DNA of 64,000 nt. It comes from Azolla caroliniana (Eukaryota > Plantae > Polypodiophyta). Below are positions 51,118 through 61,574 of the stretch, in pieces. Numbering within the stretch: the stretch's first letter is position 1; the number at the start of each line of letters is the position of its first letter. The notes below the pieces were generated by a model. It did no database searches. It had not been told where the DNA came from and worked only from the letters and a program-made list of their open reading frames with translations. The stretch covers positions 13,020,001-13,084,000 of the forward strand of contig JBHGNT010000017.1 of assembly GCA_043228905.1 (NCBI GenBank), in the 5' to 3' direction. The position numbers were made by a program, and so were the translations under genes.

Positions 51118-52735
51118 CCAACACTAATGGTTTTACATGTAGAAAACACAATGGAAATAGTGTGATTGATTATGTGCTACTTTCCGAAGGTATTTTGGAT
51201 CATATACATAAATTCTCACTTGGTGAATGGACACCGGAATCCGATCATAGGCCTTTATGTATTGATCTCAAATGTATGCATAGGTTTGATTGTGAGAAGG
51301 CTATTGAAGATAATAAACAATCGCACTTGAGCATGAACCTTAAGCGAGCACCCATGTATTCCAAGATGGTTGAGGATATGTTACAAATGACAAAGATACA
51401 ACATGGTGCCACACTAGAATGCAAATGGGAATCTTTCAAGAAAGTCATTCTCTCATGTACAAACAAATGTTTTTCGACCAACCGCACATCTTGGAAATGC
51501 ACGAAGAAACTTAGGAAAAAATGGTTTGATAAAGAATGTCATGAAGCTCGAAAGTGCCTTATGGTTTTGGATGTAGTTAAGGATAAAGAGAATTACCAAA
51601 AGCATTTGCATGAGTATAAAAGGCTTATTCAAAGAAAGAGAAGAATATGGGAAGTTACTCAACAATTTATCCAAACGCAAGAGAAAGCACATGCATGTGC
51701 TAAATTTTGGGGAAATCTAAAGGGAAAACGTGTTGAGAGTTATGGTGACTTAACTCTTCACGACTTGTCTATGCATTGTAGGAATTTATATGAGTTATCT
51801 CTTGCCGGAAAGATGATGTGTTATGGTTCTCTTTCACATATGCCTCCCTTCTTTACGATTGAAGATATATGCATAGGACTTAAGAAATTGGCCTCTCGAA
51901 AGGCAAGCGATCTTCAATGTATAAAGGTTGAAATGCTCAAATGGACGGGAAAGGAAGCACATATATGGATAAACGATATGTTTAATGATGCATTGCAACA
52001 TGGTATGCCGTACGATTGGACTACAAATTGGATCAAACCTTTACATAAAGGTGGAGATATAAATAATGTAAACAACTATCGAACCATCATGGTTGGCTCA
52101 TTAAGGGCAAAATTATTTGGATGTATAATGGAATCAAAGATAAGTGTATGGGCTGAAAAAAGTGGTAAGAGAGCTTATGGAGAAGCTGGCTTTCGGAAAC
52201 ACCATAGCACCATTGATCACCTTATCACCCTTCGAGTATTAATGGAGGAAAGTCGCCTTAGAGGTAAAGGTTTATATTGTTGCTTTGTAGACTTCAAGAA
52301 AGCTTTTGATATGGTACCTCATGAGCATCTTTGGAGGCGAATGGAAGAACTTGAGGTGCCAAGTGAATATATGCTTGCAATTTCCCGAATTTATGAGAAG
52401 GTTATATGTTGTGTGCACATGAGAGATAAACTTTCAGACTTTTTCAAAAGCACTATTGGTGTTAAGCAAGGTGTTACCGGCCGGCAAAGGAGTCCAGAGT
52501 GGGAAACAGAGAGTTATTTAAGTAGTAGGAATGTGGTTGTAATTAAGCTATGAGTGTGGACGGACGGACCGGAATCGGTATGCCGTTCCGGATCCGGACT
52601 GATCCCGAACAGGTGCGGATGGCACCGTTTTGTAATACAGACCGGAAACCTATTTAAAGGCCCGGATACAATGTAATGAATAACGGTTAATTAATAAAAA
52701 GCTTAGCGTTGTTTTCTCTCTGTGTTAATTGCCGT

Positions 52736-53962
52736 CACACTGTACCACAAGGGCGCGGACGACATATGGAGACGGGCGGTGCGCAGCGATGAAAAGGAAC
52801 TGATATTGAGAGAAGCCCACTGCGGAGTTGCCGGAGGTCACTATGCCGGAGATGCGACGGCCAGGAAAATATGGCAAAGTGGCCTATGGTGGCCAACGAC
52901 ATTAAGAGATGCGGTACGGTACGCAAAAGAATGTGACCTATGCTAGCGAATGGGCCAGCCAACGGAGCAGGCTCGTATGCCACACCAGCCGGTACTACCA
53001 CTCGAGCCATTCCAGAAGTGGGGGCTGGACTTTGTTGGACCGTTCAAGCCACCGGCAATGAGAACAAGTAATCGGTACGTCATCGTCGCGACGGATTATT
53101 GCACGAAATGGGTGGAGGCCAAAGCTTTAAGGGACAACACCGCTGCGTCAACGGCGAAATTTCTATATGAGTACATCTGGTGCCGTTATGGATGCCCAAT
53201 TGAATTAATAAGCGACCAAGGGGGGCACTTTCTCGGCCAAGTAGTGGAAAGCCTGACGACATTCTATGCCGTTGTCCACAAACGGAGCACGCCTTACTAT
53301 CCGCAAGTGAACGGTTTAGCGGAATCAACGAACAAGACGCTCCAGAATATCCTCCGGAAGATTGCAACGAAAACCGAACGGATTGGGATACCAAGCTACA
53401 TAGCGCGCTTTGGGCATACCGGACGGCATACAAGACGAGCATCCAAACAGCACCGTTCCGGTTAGCGTTCGGACTAGAGGCGGTAATGCCGGTGGAATTC
53501 CAAGTACCCAGCTTACGGATCCAGCTACGAGAACGGCTGAACGAGAAGGAGTCGGAGGCAATACGGTTAACAACGTTGTGTGAACTCGAGGAACAACGAC
53601 TGGCCAGCATCCTGCACTTAGAATTGGAGCAACGGCGACGGAAAGCATTTGTCGACCGGCACAGGAAAGGAAACGAAAAAATGTTCGCAATTGGCAAACC
53701 GGTGTTAGTCTTTCAGACCCGGATGGGCAAGATGCCGGGTAAACTACGGTTTAGATGAACCGGACCGTATTGGCTAACACGTGAGTATAATGGGTCCTAC
53801 CAGTTAGGGACACTTGCCGGCGAAGTGCTAGGCAAATGGGTCAACGGATTCCGATTGAAGCCATATAGAGGACCGATGCCTAAGAACCCATTTGAGCAAA
53901 GGACCGACACCAGTAAGGGAAACGGCAAAACCACCAAGACGGCGGAGACGGCGAGCCGGTAA
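52736..53962 (+). pseudogene. Gypsy F integrase (stops and a frameshift)
   Basis: EAHCGVAGGH...CDLC, PFQKWGLDFVGP, ISDQG, NGLAE, PGKLRFR; closely similar to 9813-10946. Confidence 0.92.
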
Positions 53963-54398
53963 CTGGGGGGAATGAGGCCGGTAAGGGTCCGAGAGGACCA
54001 ACAGACAAGTAACATCACACTAATAATAATAATAACCAAAAAAAAGAAAAAAGAAAAAAAGAAAACAATCATGCAAAAGCGAGGAATGAATGGATGAAAG
54101 AGCGAGGAGCGAAAAGGTACGTAGTAGGCATTTAAAGCGCCACCACAGGACATAATGCTATTTTAGTACACGACATGCACACACTCGAAAAAGGCGCCAG
54201 AATGCACAGACAAAAACCACTGCGCGTAGAGACCCTTTACTTTCGCGAACCCAGGAGCACAGAAGCACCAAGACGCTGCAAGATCATCAGACGAGAACCT
54301 ACGCATAGAGAACCCCCGCCTTTTGAACTCTCTCTCTCTCTCAACCTCACTCTTATCACCATCCAACCTCGCCACCGCAGTCCGACCTCGACACAGAC

Positions 54399-57188
54399 AT
54401 GGACCCGCAAACGCTGTCGGAAGCCGCCAAGACATGGCTAAAGCAACACGGGCTCGAGGGCTTCTTGATGATGATGGAAGTACCGCCACACAAAGAAGCC
54501 GACAAAGTGATCAAAGAAATCGACACAGAGGTCATAACGGTAGAGGCGATTCGAGCGTTAACAGGCCTTCCGGAGGGAGGCATACTCACGATTGACAATC
54601 CAACCCCGGAGCAACTCATCAGGTATTTTGGTGAGTACTCTCTAGCCAGCAAGGGCTACCGGACACAGGGCGGCGGAGATATGCTGTTCCGCGAGATTGC
54701 TCGTGTGCTCCACGAATACGGCCACGTGTACCCTAGACCCCCTGTCATGCCGCAGAACCGGGCAGGGATGATCATCGCCACCTATGAAGGGATCAAGGTG
54801 GATTGGTCGGTATTGATCGCAGACGGGTTGTGTGCGGCGATCGAGATCGTCAGAGGCAAAGACGACAAAGAAGGCCGAGACGGACGGAGAATATGGCACG
54901 CCGTAACGCAGTGGCTCACCTTGCTTGTGCCACCCGTCCAGCCCGTCCAGCCCAAGAAGCGAGGAAGAATGGCGGACGGCACCCCAAAGACGGCTTCCAA
55001 ACAACAACAGTTGTTGGCCTCTAAGGCCACTAAGGGAAAGGCGGCAGATGCAGAACAGGCGGGAAAGGAGAGCGGCAGCCGGAAGCGGCCAACGGATGCG
55101 CAGGAGGAACCACCGGCACGGCCCGTAAAGGTTACACTCCGCCAACCGGTGAATAGAGAAGCGGACCCCTTGGCGGCAAAAGTCAATGCCGGGACTCAGG
55201 AAGAGGAAATAGAGGAGGAGCCGACGGAGCACCTCCAGCGACGGTCGTCGGCAAGGACCGTTGAGGCAGCCGGGAAACGTTCGGACCCTCAGACGGAGGG
55301 AACACCGGCTCCCCATACTGAGACTCCCACGCCAAGGAAGGAACCGGAACCGGTGCGCATGGCACCGGAATCAGAAGCCTCGGCACCACCGGCAACACCG
55401 GCAAGTCCCATCCCGCCAGAGCCAGAAAGGTCAATGCAGCCTCCCTCGGCCAGCCAAGAAGAAGCGCAAGGGGAACCAGAACAACAGGGTGGTCCACGGG
55501 CAGAAACGGAACTGCAACTCGGCGCAACCAGGCGGGACCACCCGTCTACAAGTGAACCCATCTGTCAAACCTCCGTGCAAGCACAATAAGGCACCGGTAG
55601 CCTGTGGCTCCAGTGGATAGGCGAACAGATAGCCGGAGCAGTGGGGTATATTGAGGCGGAAGAAAGAGCGCAAAGCGAACGGTTGCTCGTCACAACCGAA
55701 CAACTAGAGACGGCTCGGTCCAGAATCCGGTGCCTTGAAAAAGACTTGGATCAGGTCACGACAGAGATGGCCAAAATGGCCTTAACGGCAACACAGATCC
55801 AACCACCGGTGACTTCGGTAAGTGTACATAATAAAGAAACGGATCGACCTGTACATACCAATAAGACCCCGGCAACGGAAACCGTTCCGGCGAGAGATGC
55901 GGCGCAAGCCCAGGAGCTTGCGGAATTGAGAGATGAACTTGCCGCACAAGAAGCGCTAAGGAGCCGTGAACGGGAATTGAAGACAACGGCCGAAGCCAAA
56001 TTAAAGAAGACTGCTGAGAACCTCTGCCGGGCAGAGGAGAGCCTCCGGAAAGGCCATCAAGCGTACGACCGACTAAAGGAGGAGAAAGACAAAGTGCTGC
56101 AGGAAGAGGACAAGCTGCGGAAAACGGCGGAAACGGAGATTGAACGGCTAAAGGAAGAGCTCCGCCAGCAGAAGGACCGCGAGGACCGGGCCCGTCGACA
56201 GATCAACGCACGGCTCAAGCAAAAGACAGATGATTTTGAGCACCTGCATCGGGACTACAAACGGCTGGAAACGGAGCATAAGGAACGGATGGCCGAGCTC
56301 CAGCAGGAAGTTGATCGGGCCGCGACGGCAATCGCCGACGAACGTGCGGAAAATACAAGACGCTTGGACGAGGCGGAGAAGGTCCGGATGGAGCTCCAGA
56401 GGCAACAGCAGGAAGAAAAAGAGAGAGCATCAACAGTATTGCAGAAATTACAAAGCACATATCAAAGGCAATTGACGCATTACAAGGCGCAGGTGGAAGA
56501 CAACATAAAAATCATCAAGCAACTGAAGGAGGAACGACAAGCGGCGGAAACCAAATCACAATTAGGAACGAGCCGGATTCAGTCCATCCTCCAGGCATGG
56601 CTGAATCAGACAAAACACTTGATTGATGAAAGCTTTGTAAGATGGTGGACAAAGTGGGCACAAAACGCGGCGGAACTCCAATTGCTACGGGCAGACGTGG
56701 CAAATCGGCGGAAGGAAGGAGATGATTGTTATACGTTGACTTCGGAGGACTTCACCGCCATACGGGACGAGCTGGCCGACGACTACCAAGTCCTGGCGGA
56801 TGAACAGCTGGCGCAGGTTAGGCAGCTCGTAGCTCAGCTAGACGATGATAGGCTGGATGCTCAAATCCAGTTTGAAAGCTACGAGCGGTCCCGGGTTCGA
56901 GAAGAAAAAGCACGGGAAGCGGCAACGGTTAACCTTAGTGATGAGGAATCGTCGCTGGCTGAGGGCCAGCCTGGAACCAATCAACCGGAGACCACTACGA
57001 CGAAGGGAGCAACGACGGAGACGCCGGTGTCAGAGCAACAAACGGAGGAGCAGCAGCAGCAGCCATCAACGGACCCGTCGCAGCAGACGTCAATAGAGCA
57101 GCAACAACAACAACAACAACAACCAATTCCAGATGAACCATTGGAGACTCTCGAACAAAGCATTCTGGATATTTTGGACGAAGAATAG
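54399..57188 (+). pseudogene. Gypsy F accessory 3' ORF, ~929 aa with one in-frame TAA at 55587
   Basis: ORFs 54399-55589 and 55641-57188 share a frame; homologous to 661-9296 (-). Confidence 0.88.
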
Positions 57189-57200
57189 CAAGGGTCGGTT

Positions 57201-57240
57201 GTGGATTCGACGTACAAGGTATTGTCCCACGGGCGTGCCA
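57201..57240 (+). other. tRNA-Arg-like 3' half ending in CCA / inverted PBS at the PPT position of Gypsy F
   Basis: GTGGA TTCGA C GTAC-AAG-GTAT TGT CCCAC GGGCGTGCCA tg then the LTR; the minus strand reads LTR-CA-TGGCACGCCCGTGGGAC. Confidence 0.8.
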
Positions 57241-59067
57241 TGTGTTACCGGCCGGCAAAGGAGTCCAGAGTGGGAAACAGAGAGTTATTTAAGTAGTAGG
57301 AATGTGGTTGTAATTAAGCTATGAGTGTGGACGGACGGACCGGAATCGGTATGCCGTTCCGGATCCGGACCGATCCCGAACAAGTGCGGATGGCACCGTT
57401 TTGTAATACAGACCGGAAACCTATTTAAAGGCCCAGATACAATGTAATGAATAGCGGTTAATTAATAAAAAGCTTAGCGTTGTTATCTCTCTGTGTTAAT
57501 TGCCGTTCTGCCTTAATTGTTATATCTTACGCGTGTGATTAGGAAATACGATCATGCTAAGTAACTTAATTAAGTCGGATTAAGCGTTGAGTCTAATCCG
57601 ATTGCCGTAACACCCTTTGGTGAAGTGTCTTCCGTAGACACCCTGTGTTAGGCCATTGTCCGGCCCTAAGAGTTAACACAAGGATGCCCACTCTCACCAA
57701 CACTATTTGGTCTACGCATTGATAAATTGGAAGAAATGGTTACCAAGTTTGCAAAGGAAGAATGTGTTGAAGAAGTTGCCATTGGGAATGTTGTGATTAT
57801 GCTTTTGCTATATGTAGATGATGTAGTGCTTTTTTGCAAATACTTTAGGAGATGCACAAAAGCTTATGAAGGCATTGGAATTTTTTTTTGCATGCATACT
57901 AAATTAAGTGTCAATAGCTCTAAAACAAAGATTATGCTTGTGAAGAGCCAAAAAAGAGATAAACCATGCATTATGTACAACAATGAGCCACTTGAATGTG
58001 TGGAAAGCTTCAAATATCTTGGCCTTGAAGTTCCTTCAAATCATAGATGGAATGAATGTGCTACACACCACTTAGAGGTAGGCAAACGAGCATATTATGC
58101 ATTTGAGAACACATGCAATCTTGGAGATATTAAGTGTTGGGTCCTCAAGAAATATCTTTTCGACACTTTGGTGACACCAGTTCTTCTCTATGGGGTGGAA
58201 GTATGGGGCGGTAGCATCCCTAAATCTATGTGGAAAGAGTTTGAAAATGTCCAAAAGCATTTTCTTACCAAGTTTCTACAAGTTAAGAAACAAACGCCCT
58301 ACACCCTCCTCCTTGAGACGGGATCGCTTCCCATTGAGATCATGGCCATGGAAAGGGTTGTTGAATACATGCTTAAGGTTCAAAAAAGTCCCCACATCGA
58401 CTTCCTAGAATTGCGTGGGAAGCAAGCAAAAAGATCCAAAAGACGCATAAAAGCAAAATTTTGTGTTCCGGTTGGATGTAAGATATAGAAAAATGGTTTG
58501 GTAGATGGGATGCGAGACACTTGCTTCATGATGCATCATTAGATTCCTCTGTAAATGAGGCATTTTTGCAACGCCAATGTATCATGACATGGGACAAACG
58601 TGGAGGCTCACGCTTCACACATTATACTACACATGTTGCACCTAACTACAAAACCATATTCTTTGCGGAACGGGGAAATCGTACACATCCATACATGTTA
58701 GAGCCCATACCGTTATTTGCCATTCGAACCATTGCTTCCATGCAACTTAGCTCACATGCATTGCGATGTGAAACAGGGCGTTGGGGTACAAGTGATGAGA
58801 GTGGTCGGCTATGCACACTTTGCCCTAAACAAGTTCACGAGTCTGAGTATCACACTTTGATACAATGCTCTGCCTTTGATCATATTCGACCATGCTTTCC
58901 ACATCTCTTCGATCGAGCCCAATCTTTGCATGAATTCCTCTCACAACCACAATGTGCACTCTCGATTGCAACATTCATTGGTAAAGTTTTTGAACATCGA
59001 GGTATCATGTGAAATGTAATATTTTTGGTCTTATAGGTCATATTTGACCTCCGAAGATGATAATATA

Positions 59068-59099
<32 letters not shown>

Positions 59100-59397
59100 C
59101 TGTACAATAGTTGCAACAATATGACAACAACACACTCACACACTAAAGTGATTGCCCTAAGTCATATTTATAGTTATATGAACTTAGGGCTATTTACAAA
59201 TATAGCCTCAATGGGCTTATTCAAGACATATTTACAAATCTGTCTTCCCTTCCGGTTTTCACGGGGTCCACCGATCCGGTTTCTGGATCTCTTCCGGTTC
59301 TCACCAGTTCTCCTCCGGTTTCCGGATCTCTTCTGGTTCTCACCGGGTCCTCTTTATTCATCATCGGATCCCATCCGGAGAGACTGATTTCCCAACA

Positions 59398-59900
59398 AGG
59401 TACACCACGTTACTTCTAAGTGCTTCACCGAAGTTGGCACAGTCTCTTCGGGCGTGGCCAACGGCATCACACCATACATACCTTTGGTCAACTGGCGGCC
59501 GTCGGTCGCGCGATTGGCCTTCGTCGTCCCTTCGGGCTTGAGCGATCTGGAGATCGTGCACCATCTTCGTCAACTCCTCTTGAGATGCGCCCCCGGACGG
59601 TCTTGCAACCACATTGGTCGGTGTTGTGCCTGACTCAAGCCACCGTCTCATTTTGTCCACTCTGGTCAGAACCCGTTCCTCCGGCTTCCTCCCGACACCC
59701 GCGTCGATCATCAACGACCCCGCGTCATTCGAATCGCGTCATTTGTCGAAACGGCCGCAAATTCTTTTGACCACGGCCCAGTTAGCCGTGAGCCCTTCAT
59801 CCATCTCCAAGAGGAGACCAAACTTCTCACGGTCGAGCACGTTGACCGACTTCACAAACAGTAGGACCTTGCTTGTGTTGAGAATCGAACTCAACTTCCC
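59398..59900 (-). mobile_element. Gypsy-type gag relic (apparent host of Copia G and Copia E)
   Basis: ELTKMVHDLQIA...(Y)VWCDAVGHARRDC..F.EAL zinc knuckle in ORF 59361-59714. Confidence 0.6.
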
Positions 59901-60051
59901 ATAGAAATATGTTTCACACTAGCTCATGGACATACCAAACTAGTTTTGTAAATAGTAGAAAGGTCCCTTGCCCTAGTTTAGTTGGTATTTAAACCAATGT
60001 TTTGTAACTTTGTTACAGTTGGAAGTAATACATAGTTTTCTCATAAGTGCT

Positions 60052-60105
<54 letters not shown>

Positions 60106-61574
60106 CCTACCGCTGCATACAATCACTCTCCTTTATTTACATGGTATTAGAGCGTGTGGTTTTCTGATCAAGACTAATCGACTGTGGTGTTCTACATACC
60201 GACAATCAACAGAACCGGTTCAAGAAACAGAGAAGAAATCATCATGAATACTCAAATGGGAAGCACTCTTCCTACGGAGAAGCTCGACAGGACAAACTTT
60301 GCATCTTGGGAGTACAAGATGCATCAGTACCTTTTCAGACAAGGATATTGGAGCTAAATTGAAGGAGCTCACGAAACGCAGCCCAACCCAACACACGTTG
60401 ACTACCCCATTTGGGAGCAGGCCGCAAGCCGTGTGTTGTATTGCCTTACATCATGCGTACATGATCACATGCTCGGCTATATTCGAGAGACGAAAACACC
60501 GAAAGAAGCGTGGGGCAATCTAAAGAGGATCTTCGCGGCCAATACTATTACCCGCAAGCTCCAGCTTCGTCAGGAGTTGAATGGCATTCAACAAAGGGAC
60601 ATGTCAATCGACAACTACGCCTTGAAGATCAAGGAGTTGTGCGATGCACTCGGGTCGATCAATGTTGGCATTGACGACGTAGAAATGGTGCAGATATGCC
60701 TCGAAGGCTTGGCACATCGATTCAGCGCAATAAAGTCCGCCGTCTTCGCAAGAGAGAATCCTCCCACCTTTTTCGATCTCCAGTCAATATTGCTGGTCAA
60801 GGAGCAACGCACTAGAGGGTCAGATGCTCTACTCCCATTCGGATGATAGAAGAAATTTCAGCCGTGGAAATAGAGGTCGATTCAGACAAGGCTGTCACGG
60901 TCAGTAGACCCAAGAGCATAACTCCCACCAATGGCAAGCGGACAGGAACAATCCTAGAGAGTTCGGCAGAAGGGGGAATCATCAAGCCGGACCAAGCAAT
61001 CGTGATAACCCAATCAAATGCGGATATTGCGGAAAACTCGTTCACTACGAAGAGGAGTGCCGAAAGAAGAAGCGAGAGTCGGCTTCAACCAGTCGACAGC
61101 TCACGAACTACGCATCCAATTCCGACTACAACAATTGTAGCAGAATGTTCACGAATTATGCATCGAATTCCGACTACGACGATCGTAGCGGAATGTTCAT
61201 GATGAGGAACAAAGTGCACTCAATGGCGAGACAAGGTGAAACAAGCACCACGCCCTTAGAGAATGTATGGTTTGTTGACTCGGGAGCATCCAACCACATG
61301 ACATCTCATGAAGATTGGTTTCGCGAATTACGAAAACCCGAACATCCCGGATATGTCGAGACAGGCGATGACACAACTCATCCAATACAGCATATCGGGA
61401 ACGTCCAATTTGGAAACGATGGCAAACAAACCTACCTTAAGAACGTACTACATGTTCCTACCATCACGAAAAACCTGGTCTCGGTCAGCCAGATTGTCGA
61501 ACAAGGAATGCAAGTACGATTCAACAATGATGGGTGCTTTATCGAAAGAGGTGATCGAGTCGTAGGTCACGACC
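59900..61574 (+). mobile_element. Copia E: 5' part (LTR ~59900-60141, PBS, gag, protease) of a Copia B/D-related element
   Basis: PBS tggtattagagc 60142-60153; gag LPTEKLDRTNFASWEYKMHQYL from 60244; WFVDSGASNHMT. Confidence 0.88.

Larger units (their letters stand above)
52472..57678 (+). mobile_element. Gypsy F: internally deleted relative of Gypsy A (partial 5' LTR, INT, accessory ORF, 3' LTR 57243-57678)
   Basis: Perfect TSD caagg in the LINE RT. 5' LTR 52472-52735 is fused directly to TLYHKGADD.. of integrase. LTRs differ at ~5 of 264 nt. Confidence 0.93.
44992..59012 (+). pseudogene. LINE ORF2 (APE-RT-Cys domain) in three pieces: 44992-45640, 51123-52471, 57684-59012
   Basis: Removing the inserts and one TSD each rejoins SLWP-NTNGFT and GVKQG-CPLSPTLF; several frameshifts remain. 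Confidence 0.9.
43856..59098 (+). mobile_element. Full-length non-LTR retrotransposon (RTEX-like LINE) with (TATC)n tail, carrying two nested LTR elements
   Basis: ORF1 44122-44991; APE (LCFWNCNG, ETW, CYIP, SVIDY, SDHRP); RT (NYRTI, FVDFKKAFD, GVKQG|CPLSP, LLYVDD, FKYLG); C-terminal SSHALRCETGRW..RLCTLC..ESEYH..QC; tail 59068-59098. Confidence 0.92.
41866..59397 (-). mobile_element. Copia G (Tnt1/Tork-like), 3'-truncated; its 5' LTR is split by a LINE (43548-43855 + 59099-59397)
   Basis: gag MEESYSGMFKLTGSNYSVWKSKM from 43518, WVVDSGASFH, LELVHTDVC; PBS TGGTATCAAAGC 43533-43544. The two LTR halves align end to end with the solo LTR 11569-12344. Confidence 0.85.

Noticed and set aside
51084-52553. 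489-aa ORF as a standalone gene
   Set aside because: Middle piece of LINE ORF2; its start and end are borrowed from the flanking LTRs.
53964-54066. Purine-rich runs (gggggaatgagg; A/G tract) as the PPT of Gypsy F
   Set aside because: More than 3 kb from the 3' LTR, so they cannot define the LTR start; at most an internal PPT.
57201-57240. Possible bona fide tRNA gene
   Set aside because: No 5' acceptor strand, D-arm or anticodon arm upstream; CCA is encoded and the T-loop is interrupted. Reported as a mimic instead.
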